Shown piece after piece: positions 43,339 through 52,392 of a DNA stretch of 64,000 nucleotides. Made by a program: the position numbers and the translations under genes. Under the pieces are notes generated by a model. The model was not told the origin of the DNA. It worked only from the letters and a program-made list of their open reading frames with translations, and did not search any database. Each line of letters begins with the position of its first letter. Within the stretch, counting starts at the first letter, position 1. Origin of the DNA: a virus (lineage: Duplodnaviria; Heunggongvirae; Uroviricota; Caudoviricetes); the IMG/VR virus record IMGVR_UViG_3300017989_000052; one strand, written 5' to 3'.

Positions 43339-44514
43339 ATGGCGACGAAGAAAAAGGCCAAGAAAAAGTCTGGCACAGCACAACAACCCGACCCCACCCA
43401 GATGGCACAACCCGACCCCACCCAGATGGCACAGCCAATGGCACAACCAATGCCCGGAATGATGCCACAACAGCAGATGCCAATGCCCGGGATGCAGCAA
43501 CAGATGCCGCAGCAACAGATGCCGCAGCAACAGATGAACCCAATGGCTATGATGCAGATGATGATGCAAATGGCCGGAGGGGGTATGCAAGGCATGCAAG
43601 CGGACCCCGCTTCCGCGCCTTTCCAAGCGGGGGCCCAAACAGAACCGGACGACGATCCCGGGTTGGACTCTGGAGTTATCCGCCCCGCGACTCTAGAAGA
43701 CTTAGTAAAAACCCAGGAAGCCCTTAAGATGGGGAATATTCTTGATTTCCTCTGCTTAACGGAGGATGGAAAGAATGCTCTTGGCGGCCTCCCGATGGGT
43801 TGCACTATGGCACTCGCTGGCCCTCCCGGCAAAGGGAAAACCCGTACTGCCCTTGGCGCTTTATGCCGAATCGCAGCAACGGGAAAGAAATGTGCCTTCG
43901 TTGTTGCTGAAGAAGGTTTCCACAATGACGTTGATTCGGGCCGTGATGACCTAGCCTCCCGTCTTGCTAAGATTGGAATGCAAGTTACGGGGCTAAGCGA
44001 AAGCGATTTCCGCGAAAAAGTGCTTGAGAACATTTACGTGATGGAATCCCAATACCATCGGGGGCAGACTTGGGATGACTTTGTCACTAAGTACCGGTAC
44101 CTGGTGGAAAAAGAAGAAATCGAGTTTGTGATTGTTGATTCGCTAAACATGCTCGATCCGTCGAGAAACCATACTGCGGATAACCTGGCAGCGTTGAAAA
44201 CATACAACCACGAACAAGGGGTTACCTGCCTCTGTATCGGACAAATTAAAGATACAGGTGGCCCTGTTGGGGGTGAAGCCCTTCAACACACAGCCGATGC
44301 TGTTTTCCTCATTGAAGAGATGGGGTTAGGCAGCAAAGAAATCGCTGCGAAGTGGGGTGGGAATTATCGGGATAAGATTGATGTGGTTCGTGCAACCAAG
44401 AGTGTTACCACTCCCATCTTCTCACATCCGATTCGGATTTCGCTTTCAACAGGCGAATTGTTAGTCCACGACGACCAACCAGACGAGTATAAAGTCCTAG
44501 GTATTAAGGACTAA
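43339..44514 (+). CDS. RecA-superfamily (KaiC/RadA-like) ATPase with Q/M/P-rich disordered N-terminus
   Basis: Walker A GPPGKGKT, Walker B FVIVDSL, ALQHTADAVF; N-terminal QQQMP repeats. Confidence 0.85.
   Translation: MATKKKAKKKSGTAQQPDPTQMAQPDPTQMAQPMAQPMPGMMPQQQMPMPGMQQQMPQQQMPQQQMNPMAMMQMMMQMAGGGMQGMQADPASAPFQAGAQTEPDDDPGLDSGVIRPATLEDLVKTQEALKMGNILDFLCLTEDGKNALGGLPMGCTMALAGPPGKGKTRTALGALCRIAATGKKCAFVVAEEGFHNDVDSGRDDLASRLAKIGMQVTGLSESDFREKVLENIYVMESQYHRGQTWDDFVTKYRYLVEKEEIEFVIVDSLNMLDPSRNHTADNLAALKTYNHEQGVTCLCIGQIKDTGGPVGGEALQHTADAVFLIEEMGLGSKEIAAKWGGNYRDKIDVVRATKSVTTPIFSHPIRISLSTGELLVHDDQPDEYKVLGIKD
43384..43539 (+). repeat. in-frame tandem repeats
   Basis: caacccgaccccacccagatggca x2 (43384-43431); cagcaacagatgccg x2 plus a variant (43495-43539). 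Confidence 0.9.
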
Positions 44515-44579
44515 GGGCCGATCTCTCTTCTACCGCCCGTGCGGTAGATTTTCTATCTACTAGCACAGGGAGATTAAGT

Positions 44580-45176
44580 ATGATGACCCAACCTTTTAAA
44601 GCACTAAGCCCATTCTTTTTTCGGCTAGAACTACATCTTTGCCTGGAAGTCCCAGGAGAAAAAATATGGAAAAAACGATTTATTGACCTTGTAGAAGGCG
44701 ATAATGATATTGTGCCAAAGGTCCTCTATTTTAGGGCAGAGCGAAATGTTCTAACAGAAGAGGATCTTAAGGTCATTGTTGCCCACGAATTTTACCATAA
44801 CCCTTATCATGAGTTCGGGGAGGATAAAAGGAAACTTAAAGTTAATGAAATTGATTTTATTGACTGTAGGGCTATTACTTGGAGCAAAAATACATATGGA
44901 GAAAAACAAGTATTAGAATACCCTAATCTTGGATATATCCAAATGAAATTGCGGAGAGACTTTTTGTATTCGGTCTCTCAGGTGCCATATACAACAGCGG
45001 GGACCATGACAACATTTCAGTTTGAAATTGAACAAATTAAGATTTACGAAGCCCCTCCAAAGTTAGAAACGTTTTTAACAACGCAGGATAAAGTAACGAG
45101 GGAATGGGCAAAAAGAGAGAAAGAATTTAAGGCGAGAAAAGAGGAAGAAGCAGACTCACGTCGAGGGAGATTTTAA
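44580..45176 (+). CDS. hypothetical protein with tag near C-terminus
   Basis: FLTTQDKVTREWAK. Confidence 0.6.
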   Translation: MMTQPFKALSPFFFRLELHLCLEVPGEKIWKKRFIDLVEGDNDIVPKVLYFRAERNVLTEEDLKVIVAHEFYHNPYHEFGEDKRKLKVNEIDFIDCRAITWSKNTYGEKQVLEYPNLGYIQMKLRRDFLYSVSQVPYTTAGTMTTFQFEIEQIKIYEAPPKLETFLTTQDKVTREWAKREKEFKARKEEEADSRRGRF

Positions 45177-45181
45177 TTATA

Positions 45182-45598
45182 ATGTTAATGCACGAGTCCC
45201 AAGGGATACTACGTTACGAAAAAACAGATACTTGGTACAGGCTTACTGTAGAAGTTGATCGAGGCCTCTCAGATTATTACCGTAATCTAATTCCTAAGTG
45301 GCATTACGTTCAACCACAAAAATGGCCAGCGCATATAACAGTAGTGCGGCCGATTAAAGAAACCCCCGTAACCTTAGAATATTGGGATAGGTATGAAGGG
45401 GAAGAAATTAATTTCTTTTACGAACCTTATGTTTATTCTGGAAGAGTCTATTATTGGTTGAATATCTGGTGCGCCCGGTTAGAGGACATCCGCAGAGAAT
45501 TAGGAATGCCGGTTACGAGTCCATATACTTTACCCCCAGAGGGTTTTGCAAAATGTTTCCACTGCACGATTGGGAATAAAAAAGAAAGGCCACAATGA
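45182..45598 (+). CDS. 2H phosphoesterase
   Basis: Two HxT motifs: PAHITVV and FHCTIG. Confidence 0.8.
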   Translation: MLMHESQGILRYEKTDTWYRLTVEVDRGLSDYYRNLIPKWHYVQPQKWPAHITVVRPIKETPVTLEYWDRYEGEEINFFYEPYVYSGRVYYWLNIWCARLEDIRRELGMPVTSPYTLPPEGFAKCFHCTIGNKKERPQ

Positions 45599-45957
45599 AA
45601 ACGTATTTCGTTAGCGGGCATCTTAAAATATCTAGTGACGAATTTGAAGAGCATTATATCCCGCTTTTGGAAAAAGCTCTTAGCGAAGGAGCCCAGTTTG
45701 TTGTGGGTGATGCACGCGGAACAGACGCAAAAGCCCAACAATGGCTTTCTGGGCAGGGTGCTAATGCTGTTGTTTATCATATGTTTGAAAACCCCAGAAA
45801 TAATGTTGGAAACTTTCCTACCAAGGGAGGCTTCGAATCCGACTCCGAACGGGATACGGCTATGACTCAATCAAGTGATTTTGATATTGCCTGGGTTCGC
45901 CCTGGAAGAGAATCTTCGGGGACTGCAAAGAACCTGGCCAGAAGGAAAGCTAATTAA
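45595..45957 (+). CDS. stand-alone SLOG-fold (DprA/YspA-like) nucleotide-binding protein
   Basis: FVSGH, VVGDARGTD, RDTAMT..SD..IAW, SGTAKNL. Confidence 0.65.
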   Translation: MKTYFVSGHLKISSDEFEEHYIPLLEKALSEGAQFVVGDARGTDAKAQQWLSGQGANAVVYHMFENPRNNVGNFPTKGGFESDSERDTAMTQSSDFDIAWVRPGRESSGTAKNLARRKAN

Positions 45958-46014
45958 TCAGATTCTTTGCAAAAACGCTAATTCCGCAGGTAAGCTTGAA
46001 GTTAAACAGAAGGA

Positions 46015-47928
46015 TTGAAAATGAAAGTTGTTAACGAAAAAGATCTTCGTGACTGGATGCAAGATTCTGATAACTTACATAACACTATTAAGTCTATTGG
46101 GCACAAAAAGTTGAGCGATGAATATTTCTCAGAAACTATCGGGCTCCCAACCCACCTTAAATTCCTAGCTGAGGAGCTGGGAAGTATTAAACAACTTACC
46201 TCAATTCCATTCTATAGCCTTTGTAAAGGGCTTTTTCTCCCTCTCACCGGGATGTATCAGGATAAGGCCGCAAGTCTTTTTGGGGTTGAAATTGACCCAC
46301 CACTTAAAAAGGACGCAAGAGAGAAACTTCTTAGCGACTTCCTTGAGAAAGATTTAGGGCTATCTCTTGTTCAGAAAATTAGTTGTGTATTAGGGGACCC
46401 CTTCCAAGGTAAAGCAAGTAGGTTTAAAAGAGATAGCCTCCTTCGGCTACTTAAATCGTTACGTATTGTCCCTAACCAAGAAGTAATGGATCGCCTTTCC
46501 CAGGTTGGGGATATAGCAATTCTATTTTCGGAAGGAAAACAGGACCTAAAAGTCGAGCCACGTTTAACCGCCGCTGAAGTCTTGTGGGTTCTTTACCTGC
46601 TTCCAAAACAAAAGCGTAACAAGCAATTTGAATTATTACGTTCCCTCTTTGGGCGGTGTGGCAAGCTTGAGGCTTATTTCCTCTCCAAGTTAATTCTAAA
46701 GCGTGCCGGTTTTGGGTTCGATTATGAAGGGGCACAGATTGCTCAAGCAATGGGCAAGCAATACAAGGTATCTGAAGAGCTTGTAAAAAGTGCGATGGCA
46801 CTAACAGATACTTTTACGGTTGCTCATACTTTAATGGAAAAGGGCAAGAAGGGGTTAGAAGAAATTCAACTTCAACCCTTAACCCCCATTCGGCCTGCCC
46901 TTGCAATGGGCTCGTCTGATGGTGTAAAGAAATTCCCAACATGGGTTGAACGGAAGTATGATGGAATTCGTTTAATGCTTCATAAGTCAACAGACCTAAA
47001 TGGGTCTGTTCTTTGTGGGGCATATACGAGAAGAAGAAATGATTGGCTGGAGCTCGTCCCAGGGCTGGATACGACCATTAAGATGCTCCCCTGCCAAACT
47101 GCTATATTGGATGGGGAATTATATGGGACAGTCATGGATCTTGATGGGGTCCGGCTAGCTTCTGTATATGAAGTTTATGCAGCTCTTCAGGGCGCAGGAA
47201 ACTCTCCAGTTAATCTAAAATTCGCAGCCTTTGATGTAATTTATCTTAATGGGCAAGATTTAACTCAACAACCATTGAGGGCAAGACGGCAATTCCTTCA
47301 AAACTTGGTAGTACCTATTGGGGCCATGCCCTTACCAGTACCAATCGTAATGGCAGAGGGGCAACTAGCACAAGATTCCAAAGACGTTAATCGCCTTTAT
47401 CAGCACTTCCGCTCACAAGGGTACGAAGGGATTATTACAAAAGACTTAGAAGGCCCTTATCGCTTAGCCCAACGTGATCCTTCTTGGTTGAAGCGGAAAC
47501 CCGAAATCACCCTGGATCTAGTTATTTTGGGCGCTATTCTTGCTGTCACTTCAAAGAAGACAGCTGGGATGTACGGCTCTTATGTCGTTGGGGCGAAGAA
47601 TAACAAAGGCGAGTTTGTTTATGTTGGGGATGTGGCCGGGGTGGATGTTCAAAGGGACCAACAGATCCAACAAGAAATTATGCGGGAAGGGCTTATGACC
47701 GGACAAAGAATTGAAAGAACAGGCGCGGGAGGAAAACGGACTGGGTTTGAGTTGCGGCCCCATATTGTAATCACAATTAAATTTGAAGGAATCGTAAAGG
47801 ATTTCAAAACTGGGGAACTTAGCCTCCGAGACCCAAAACTGGCGTATATTCGGTCAGATAAATCGGCGCTAGAAGCCGATACGGTTAAGTCGATTGAAGA
47901 ACTGTACCTCAAACAAAGAGTTGGCTAA
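46015..47928 (+). CDS. ATP-dependent DNA ligase (DBD-adenylation-OB)
   Basis: ERKYDGIR, ILDGEL, AFDVIYLNG, YEGIITK, WLKRK, LRDPKL..IRSDK. Confidence 0.93.
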   Translation: MKMKVVNEKDLRDWMQDSDNLHNTIKSIGHKKLSDEYFSETIGLPTHLKFLAEELGSIKQLTSIPFYSLCKGLFLPLTGMYQDKAASLFGVEIDPPLKKDAREKLLSDFLEKDLGLSLVQKISCVLGDPFQGKASRFKRDSLLRLLKSLRIVPNQEVMDRLSQVGDIAILFSEGKQDLKVEPRLTAAEVLWVLYLLPKQKRNKQFELLRSLFGRCGKLEAYFLSKLILKRAGFGFDYEGAQIAQAMGKQYKVSEELVKSAMALTDTFTVAHTLMEKGKKGLEEIQLQPLTPIRPALAMGSSDGVKKFPTWVERKYDGIRLMLHKSTDLNGSVLCGAYTRRRNDWLELVPGLDTTIKMLPCQTAILDGELYGTVMDLDGVRLASVYEVYAALQGAGNSPVNLKFAAFDVIYLNGQDLTQQPLRARRQFLQNLVVPIGAMPLPVPIVMAEGQLAQDSKDVNRLYQHFRSQGYEGIITKDLEGPYRLAQRDPSWLKRKPEITLDLVILGAILAVTSKKTAGMYGSYVVGAKNNKGEFVYVGDVAGVDVQRDQQIQQEIMREGLMTGQRIERTGAGGKRTGFELRPHIVITIKFEGIVKDFKTGELSLRDPKLAYIRSDKSALEADTVKSIEELYLKQRVG

Positions 47929-47950
47929 AGTTCTCCAAAGTTTTAATTCT

Positions 47951-47979
47951 ATCGTTTAACATATAAGCTTCCCTATATT
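47951..47979 (+). promoter_or_regulatory. putative phage promoter (CGTT-N17-TATAT class)
   Basis: atcgtt-N17-tatatt; spacer resembles that at 22327. Confidence 0.65.
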
Positions 47980-48014
47980 TAGGCAAAGGCAGCCAACCTT
48001 AGGAAGGGAAACTA

Positions 48015-48971
48015 ATGCTTTTACAAGTCACAGATATTTTACAGAAATTCTTCCCCAAAGTACAACGGGAATATCTTGAAGCACATATTGACGGATGTGC
48101 TGAAGATATGGGGATCATCGGTAAAGCAATAGACCCCGATACTTTGGATGACCTTCTAAAAGAGTCGGCGATTCGGGTTGCGAAGAAATACCCAATAGCG
48201 TCCCAGGATCTTTTTCGATTCGATCCCTTACTAGAAGCAAGAGAAGCAGCAAAGGCAACAGGGGAAAACCCGCATGTCTTTTTCTTTGCGTTTGCAGACT
48301 TAAATCGTTTCTTAAAAACAAATGTGCTGAAGGCTCTAGACGATGTCTCTGAAGAATTCCTTCCCTCTGAATGGGAAAGGGTTTTAAGAAACTTCGGGTT
48401 TGAGTTGGGGTTGGAGTTGCCTTTTGAATGTGAAGGTAAAAAAGATAAACAATGCCTCTGGTACCATCCGAAAGATGGGGTCATCGTAAAATACGATACA
48501 TGGGATAATCAATCAAAGATTAACAGCGCGGAGCTTTGCTTTAATTGGCAGCCCTCAGAAGAAACATGGGAAAAAGGAAATCCTTGGCCCCCAAGTTGCG
48601 GTGGGGGTTTTCGCCACCCCGATGGTGGGCCTAACTTTCGTCGCGAGGACGAAGTTCCAAACGCCGAAATGATTTATGTGGGTTCTATCGACATACGGGA
48701 TGGAATGAGAGTTATTTTAGAGTTCCTCCGGACTAACGGGGCTTTTATTTCTCCCTGGGTTTCTTCCCCTAGTATATACTGGCTCCATTATGGGGACAAA
48801 GACCGTAAGACCGGAAAGTACCCAAAAGAGAGTAGGGTCTGGGGAAACCGCAAAAAACAACTTCCCAAGGAAATGAAGACCATCTTTGAAGAGGCCGAAA
48901 AGAAAGATACTAAAAGAAGAAAACAAAATGAAAAAGAAATGCGTCGCCGTAAAAGATGGTTCTTTTTTTAG
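48015..48971 (+). CDS. hypothetical protein
   Basis: 318 aa ORF downstream of a promoter motif. Confidence 0.65.
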   Translation: MLLQVTDILQKFFPKVQREYLEAHIDGCAEDMGIIGKAIDPDTLDDLLKESAIRVAKKYPIASQDLFRFDPLLEAREAAKATGENPHVFFFAFADLNRFLKTNVLKALDDVSEEFLPSEWERVLRNFGFELGLELPFECEGKKDKQCLWYHPKDGVIVKYDTWDNQSKINSAELCFNWQPSEETWEKGNPWPPSCGGGFRHPDGGPNFRREDEVPNAEMIYVGSIDIRDGMRVILEFLRTNGAFISPWVSSPSIYWLHYGDKDRKTGKYPKESRVWGNRKKQLPKEMKTIFEEAEKKDTKRRKQNEKEMRRRKRWFFF

Positions 48972-49248
48972 AAGAACCCTTTTTGGGGAAAAGGCCCTCC
49001 AAAGCTTTCTTTTTTACGCAACCGATGAAACCCTTTTATATATCCAAATTGGGGAGGCTACTATTATCTCTAATGTAAGAGGGGGTATTAAAGATTTTTG
49101 GATAGGGCAGATCGAAACTAAACATGGTCTTTCAGAAATTGAAGAGATAAAACCAGAGACCTTGTTGACTAGCGAAAACCTAAGAGTTCGTAAGTATATA
49201 AAAGAAGTCTTAGAAAAAGGCGTTTTCACTTTTATAGAGGAAACCTAG
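48886..49248 (+). CDS. hypothetical protein with C-terminal tag
   Basis: LLTSENLRVRKYIK; start uncertain. Confidence 0.55.
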   Translation: MKRPKRKILKEENKMKKKCVAVKDGSFFRRTLFGEKALQSFLFYATDETLLYIQIGEATIISNVRGGIKDFWIGQIETKHGLSEIEEIKPETLLTSENLRVRKYIKEVLEKGVFTFIEET

Positions 49249-49249
49249 T

Positions 49250-49660
49250 ATGGGAAAAGTAAAAGTACAATTGAGGCAATTGGCCAGAGAAGGGTTAATT
49301 GATTTATTTCTTAAAGACTTTAATCTTAAAGTAGGGGTATCGAAACATGATATTAGAACTCTTTTTCTTATCTGTGAACATGTCCAAGAACATTTTGAGG
49401 AATTTTACCTCCACATCACGAAAGAGCAACGGAAAATTTTCACGCCCTATATTTGTGAATTCGGAACAATTCTGAAATACCGCAAAGATTTTAGAACGCG
49501 GATTTTGCAAGAGCTAACGGAGGAAGAGGTAAAAAAGAATTTTGATTTTATAACTAACTGGCGGAACCCTCCAACAAAACCTCAGTGGAAAGGATTAATG
49601 AAAAGATTTCCAAAGGTAAAGGAGGAGGTTCAGGCTTTCTTAAAGAAAACTTATAAATAA
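49250..49660 (+). CDS. hypothetical protein
   Basis: 136 aa ORF. Confidence 0.55.
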   Translation: MGKVKVQLRQLAREGLIDLFLKDFNLKVGVSKHDIRTLFLICEHVQEHFEEFYLHITKEQRKIFTPYICEFGTILKYRKDFRTRILQELTEEEVKKNFDFITNWRNPPTKPQWKGLMKRFPKVKEEVQAFLKKTYK

Positions 49661-49673
49661 GGATTGTTATTAT

Positions 49674-50738
49674 ATGGCATCTGAAAAAATTCTTACTATA
49701 GACCTAGATGAGTATTTTAAGGAGAAAGAGAATTTTAAGAGGCTAAGGCCGAGAAGGAGATATTATAGCGGGATCGGGGAAACTCCTTTTCGAACAGGGT
49801 GGCTCCAAGCTCTGAGCGAGGATATTGTAGTTCGGGTTGACCTTCACGGTTTGCTTTCTATTTTAGAACATGAGGATTGCTCTTGGCGGCATATTAGAGG
49901 GCTAACAAATCTTTTATTAAAGCATACAGATTTAACTTCTAATCAGGTAGACGTAGTTGTAGACACTTATCTAGGAAAACGTACATCTTTTTTTGAAGAT
50001 AGAAGCCCGCTAGACAAAGAAGTGAGCAACCGGATATCAAAAGCTATCTTTGATAAGCATTTTGATTTTCTTTTGAAACAAATTCCAGAGATTCCAAAGA
50101 AAACCACTCAACGGTTTTTTCATGAGCTTGCAGGGGAAGAACAAAAAATTAAGATCTTTCAAATAGTTGAGGATACCCAACTAAAAACTGAATTTCTAAA
50201 GAAGCTCCCCAAAAAGTATGCCACGGATCAACTAACAAGTAACCTCGTAGACTTACGCCAAGAAGCAAAAGGGATTATCACCGGAAAGAAGGTTAACTTT
50301 GAAAAGAAGCTTAAAACAGCTCTTGGAGAGACCTTTGCGGAGCTTTTTCCGGAAGGAAGCAGGAAAGAAAATTCGTTTGCGGGAGTAACCCTTCCACAAT
50401 CAAGGATTTTCAATAAACATAAGGTGGATGAGATTTTCTTCAGAAAACACAGAGGGGGTGTTTCACAGAAAAAAGACCCTAACCGATTTTATCTCGTAGT
50501 CAAAATTAATTCCAAGTATCGGCAAAGACCTTATCGATTACCATCCACCTACAAATCCCCTGGATTTTATATGGAAAAGACGGGGGAACTAATAAAGCAT
50601 GAGAGAAAGATGGGATACGGAGTTGATATTATTTTATCTTTCCCGAAAACAAGTTGGGATATCTTTAATACTTGGGTAAAAGAGAATCTAAAGTCTTCTA
50701 TATTAGATTGTATTATCCAACCCCGCTCATGGTTTTAG
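49674..50738 (+). CDS. hypothetical protein
   Basis: 354 aa ORF ending before a terminator. Confidence 0.65.
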   Translation: MASEKILTIDLDEYFKEKENFKRLRPRRRYYSGIGETPFRTGWLQALSEDIVVRVDLHGLLSILEHEDCSWRHIRGLTNLLLKHTDLTSNQVDVVVDTYLGKRTSFFEDRSPLDKEVSNRISKAIFDKHFDFLLKQIPEIPKKTTQRFFHELAGEEQKIKIFQIVEDTQLKTEFLKKLPKKYATDQLTSNLVDLRQEAKGIITGKKVNFEKKLKTALGETFAELFPEGSRKENSFAGVTLPQSRIFNKHKVDEIFFRKHRGGVSQKKDPNRFYLVVKINSKYRQRPYRLPSTYKSPGFYMEKTGELIKHERKMGYGVDIILSFPKTSWDIFNTWVKENLKSSILDCIIQPRSWF

Positions 50739-50747
50739 GTTTTAATG

Positions 50748-50778
50748 AAAAAAGGAACCGATTTTCGGTTCCTTTTTT
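50748..50778. terminator. bidirectional Rho-independent terminator
   Basis: aaaaaaggaaccg-atttt-cggttcctttttt between convergent genes. Confidence 0.88.
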
Positions 50779-50947
50779 CTTGGCATTTTTTCCCTAAAAA
50801 ACAACTTAATGTTTTTAAGTTACATTAGCAACTAAAATTATATGGGGCCTTGCCCTTAAAATTAAGGCGACTCAAATGTAAATGGGGCTACAGCGAGGCA
50901 CGTAAAGCAACAAAAAGTTATATATATAAAAGGGTTTCCCTATTGAA

Positions 50948-51925
50948 TTAATCTTCCCTCTTAACTTGTTTTGGTAACTTGTCTTCTCTCATCCCTTTGT
51001 ATACGGGGTGTCTTAATAACCCCTCTGAAGTCCAGTCAAAAAAAACTACCTCGCAAACTTTATTAGGTCTAACCCAAATAGCATTCTTAACCCCCTTAAT
51101 TTCGTTCTTAAAAGGGGATTCATTTTGGGTTAGGGGTCTTAGACTCTTCTCTAACTTTATTCTTTCTTCATTGCTAAACCCAGTTCCAACTTTCCCTGTA
51201 TAGATTAAAGCATCTTCTTCGTAGACCCCCAAGAAAAGGGCTCCGATTCCTTCTTTTTCCTCTGAATCTACTGGGGTATACCCGCCGATAACAAACTCTT
51301 GGCGCCGAGAACACTTCACTTTTAACCAATCTTTAGTTCTTTTTCCAATATAAATTGAATTTATATCTTTTGCGATTATTCCTTCTTCCCCCTTAGAGCA
51401 AACTTGCTCCAGAAGTTTTTCACCGTTTCCTGTAAAGTGTGTTGAATAAAGAATTTGTTCTGTTGGCGAAATGGTTAGAAGTGTTTTTAATTTAGCTTTT
51501 CTTTCAGATAAAGGAAATTTTCTAAGGTCTTCTCCATCTAAATAAAGTAAATCAAAGACGTAGTATCTCAAGCCACTGTAATCTTTTGTTTTAAGAACGT
51601 TTTGTAACGCTTGAAAATCCGATTTCCCTTCTTGTTCAACAATAATTTCTCCATCTAAAATAACAGAGTCTGCTTTAAGCCCTAAAGCGTCTTCTTCTAT
51701 ACTGGGATATCGCTCAGTCCAATCTTTATCGTTTCGTGTTAGCAATTGAATATTTTCGCCATCTTTCCTTAAGACAATTCTGTAACCGTCATATTTCTTT
51801 TCAAAGATCCAATCTTCCCCAACTGGGATTTGTTCGGCAAGGGTTGCTAGTTCTAGCCCTATTTTTCTAGGAACCCCAGCCGCCACATTCTTTGCTATTT
51901 TTCGTAATATATAAGATACTTTCAT
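50948..51925 (-). CDS. ATP-dependent DNA ligase, LigD ligase-domain type
   Basis: LELATL, FEKKYDGYR, ILDGEI, FDLLYLDG, EEGIIAK, WLKVKC, GKVGTGF, LRHPVYKGMREDK. Confidence 0.92.
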   Translation of the reverse strand: MKVSYILRKIAKNVAAGVPRKIGLELATLAEQIPVGEDWIFEKKYDGYRIVLRKDGENIQLLTRNDKDWTERYPSIEEDALGLKADSVILDGEIIVEQEGKSDFQALQNVLKTKDYSGLRYYVFDLLYLDGEDLRKFPLSERKAKLKTLLTISPTEQILYSTHFTGNGEKLLEQVCSKGEEGIIAKDINSIYIGKRTKDWLKVKCSRRQEFVIGGYTPVDSEEKEGIGALFLGVYEEDALIYTGKVGTGFSNEERIKLEKSLRPLTQNESPFKNEIKGVKNAIWVRPNKVCEVVFFDWTSEGLLRHPVYKGMREDKLPKQVKRED

Positions 51926-51985
51926 TTTTTCGCCAGTCTTCAGTTTATATACTATAGTTCGAGTAGTGAAATACTAAAAGAAACT

Positions 51986-52014
51986 ATCGTTTTTTCAAAA
52001 AAAGTCATTATATT
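51986..52014 (+). promoter_or_regulatory. putative phage promoter (CGTT-N17-TATAT class)
   Basis: atcgtt-N17-tatatt upstream of the lysS/PNK operon. Confidence 0.65.
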
Positions 52015-52050
52015 TAATATATAGACCCTAAACTCTACTAGGAGATTAAA

Positions 52051-52392
52051 GTGGCCGTTGGGTTTATTATAGTAGCCGGAAGCCTGTTGTTCGCCCTAGC
52101 TCTTTTACTTAGGCACTATATTTCGATTCGAACACTAACTGCAATCCGTGCGGTGAGAGAGTTAAAGGAATATAAGATTACGATAAAAAGTTTTTCTTTC
52201 CCGGCTAAAACTTATCGTAGCTATGGCATGCGCATACCTCGTGACGATGAAATGAAATGGTGTGATATTAGATATAGAGAAGTTGATCCTGCTTCTTTTC
52301 TTTATAGTTACCTTAGTGCGTGTGCGGACGCGCTAGACATTAAAGAAGAATTAGAAGCACGGGGGCTTAAAAAAGATGAAAAGAATTACTAG
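52051..52392 (+). CDS. membrane-anchored hypothetical protein
   Basis: AGGAG RBS, GTG start, N-terminal TM. Confidence 0.55.
   Translation: MAVGFIIVAGSLLFALALLLRHYISIRTLTAIRAVRELKEYKITIKSFSFPAKTYRSYGMRIPRDDEMKWCDIRYREVDPASFLYSYLSACADALDIKEELEARGLKKDEKNY

Noticed and set aside
43310-44033. Minus-strand ORFs 43310..43543, 43320..44033 and 43333..43638 with striking Cys/His/Ala repeats
   Set aside because: They are shadow frames of the Q/M/P repeats of the + strand ATPase.
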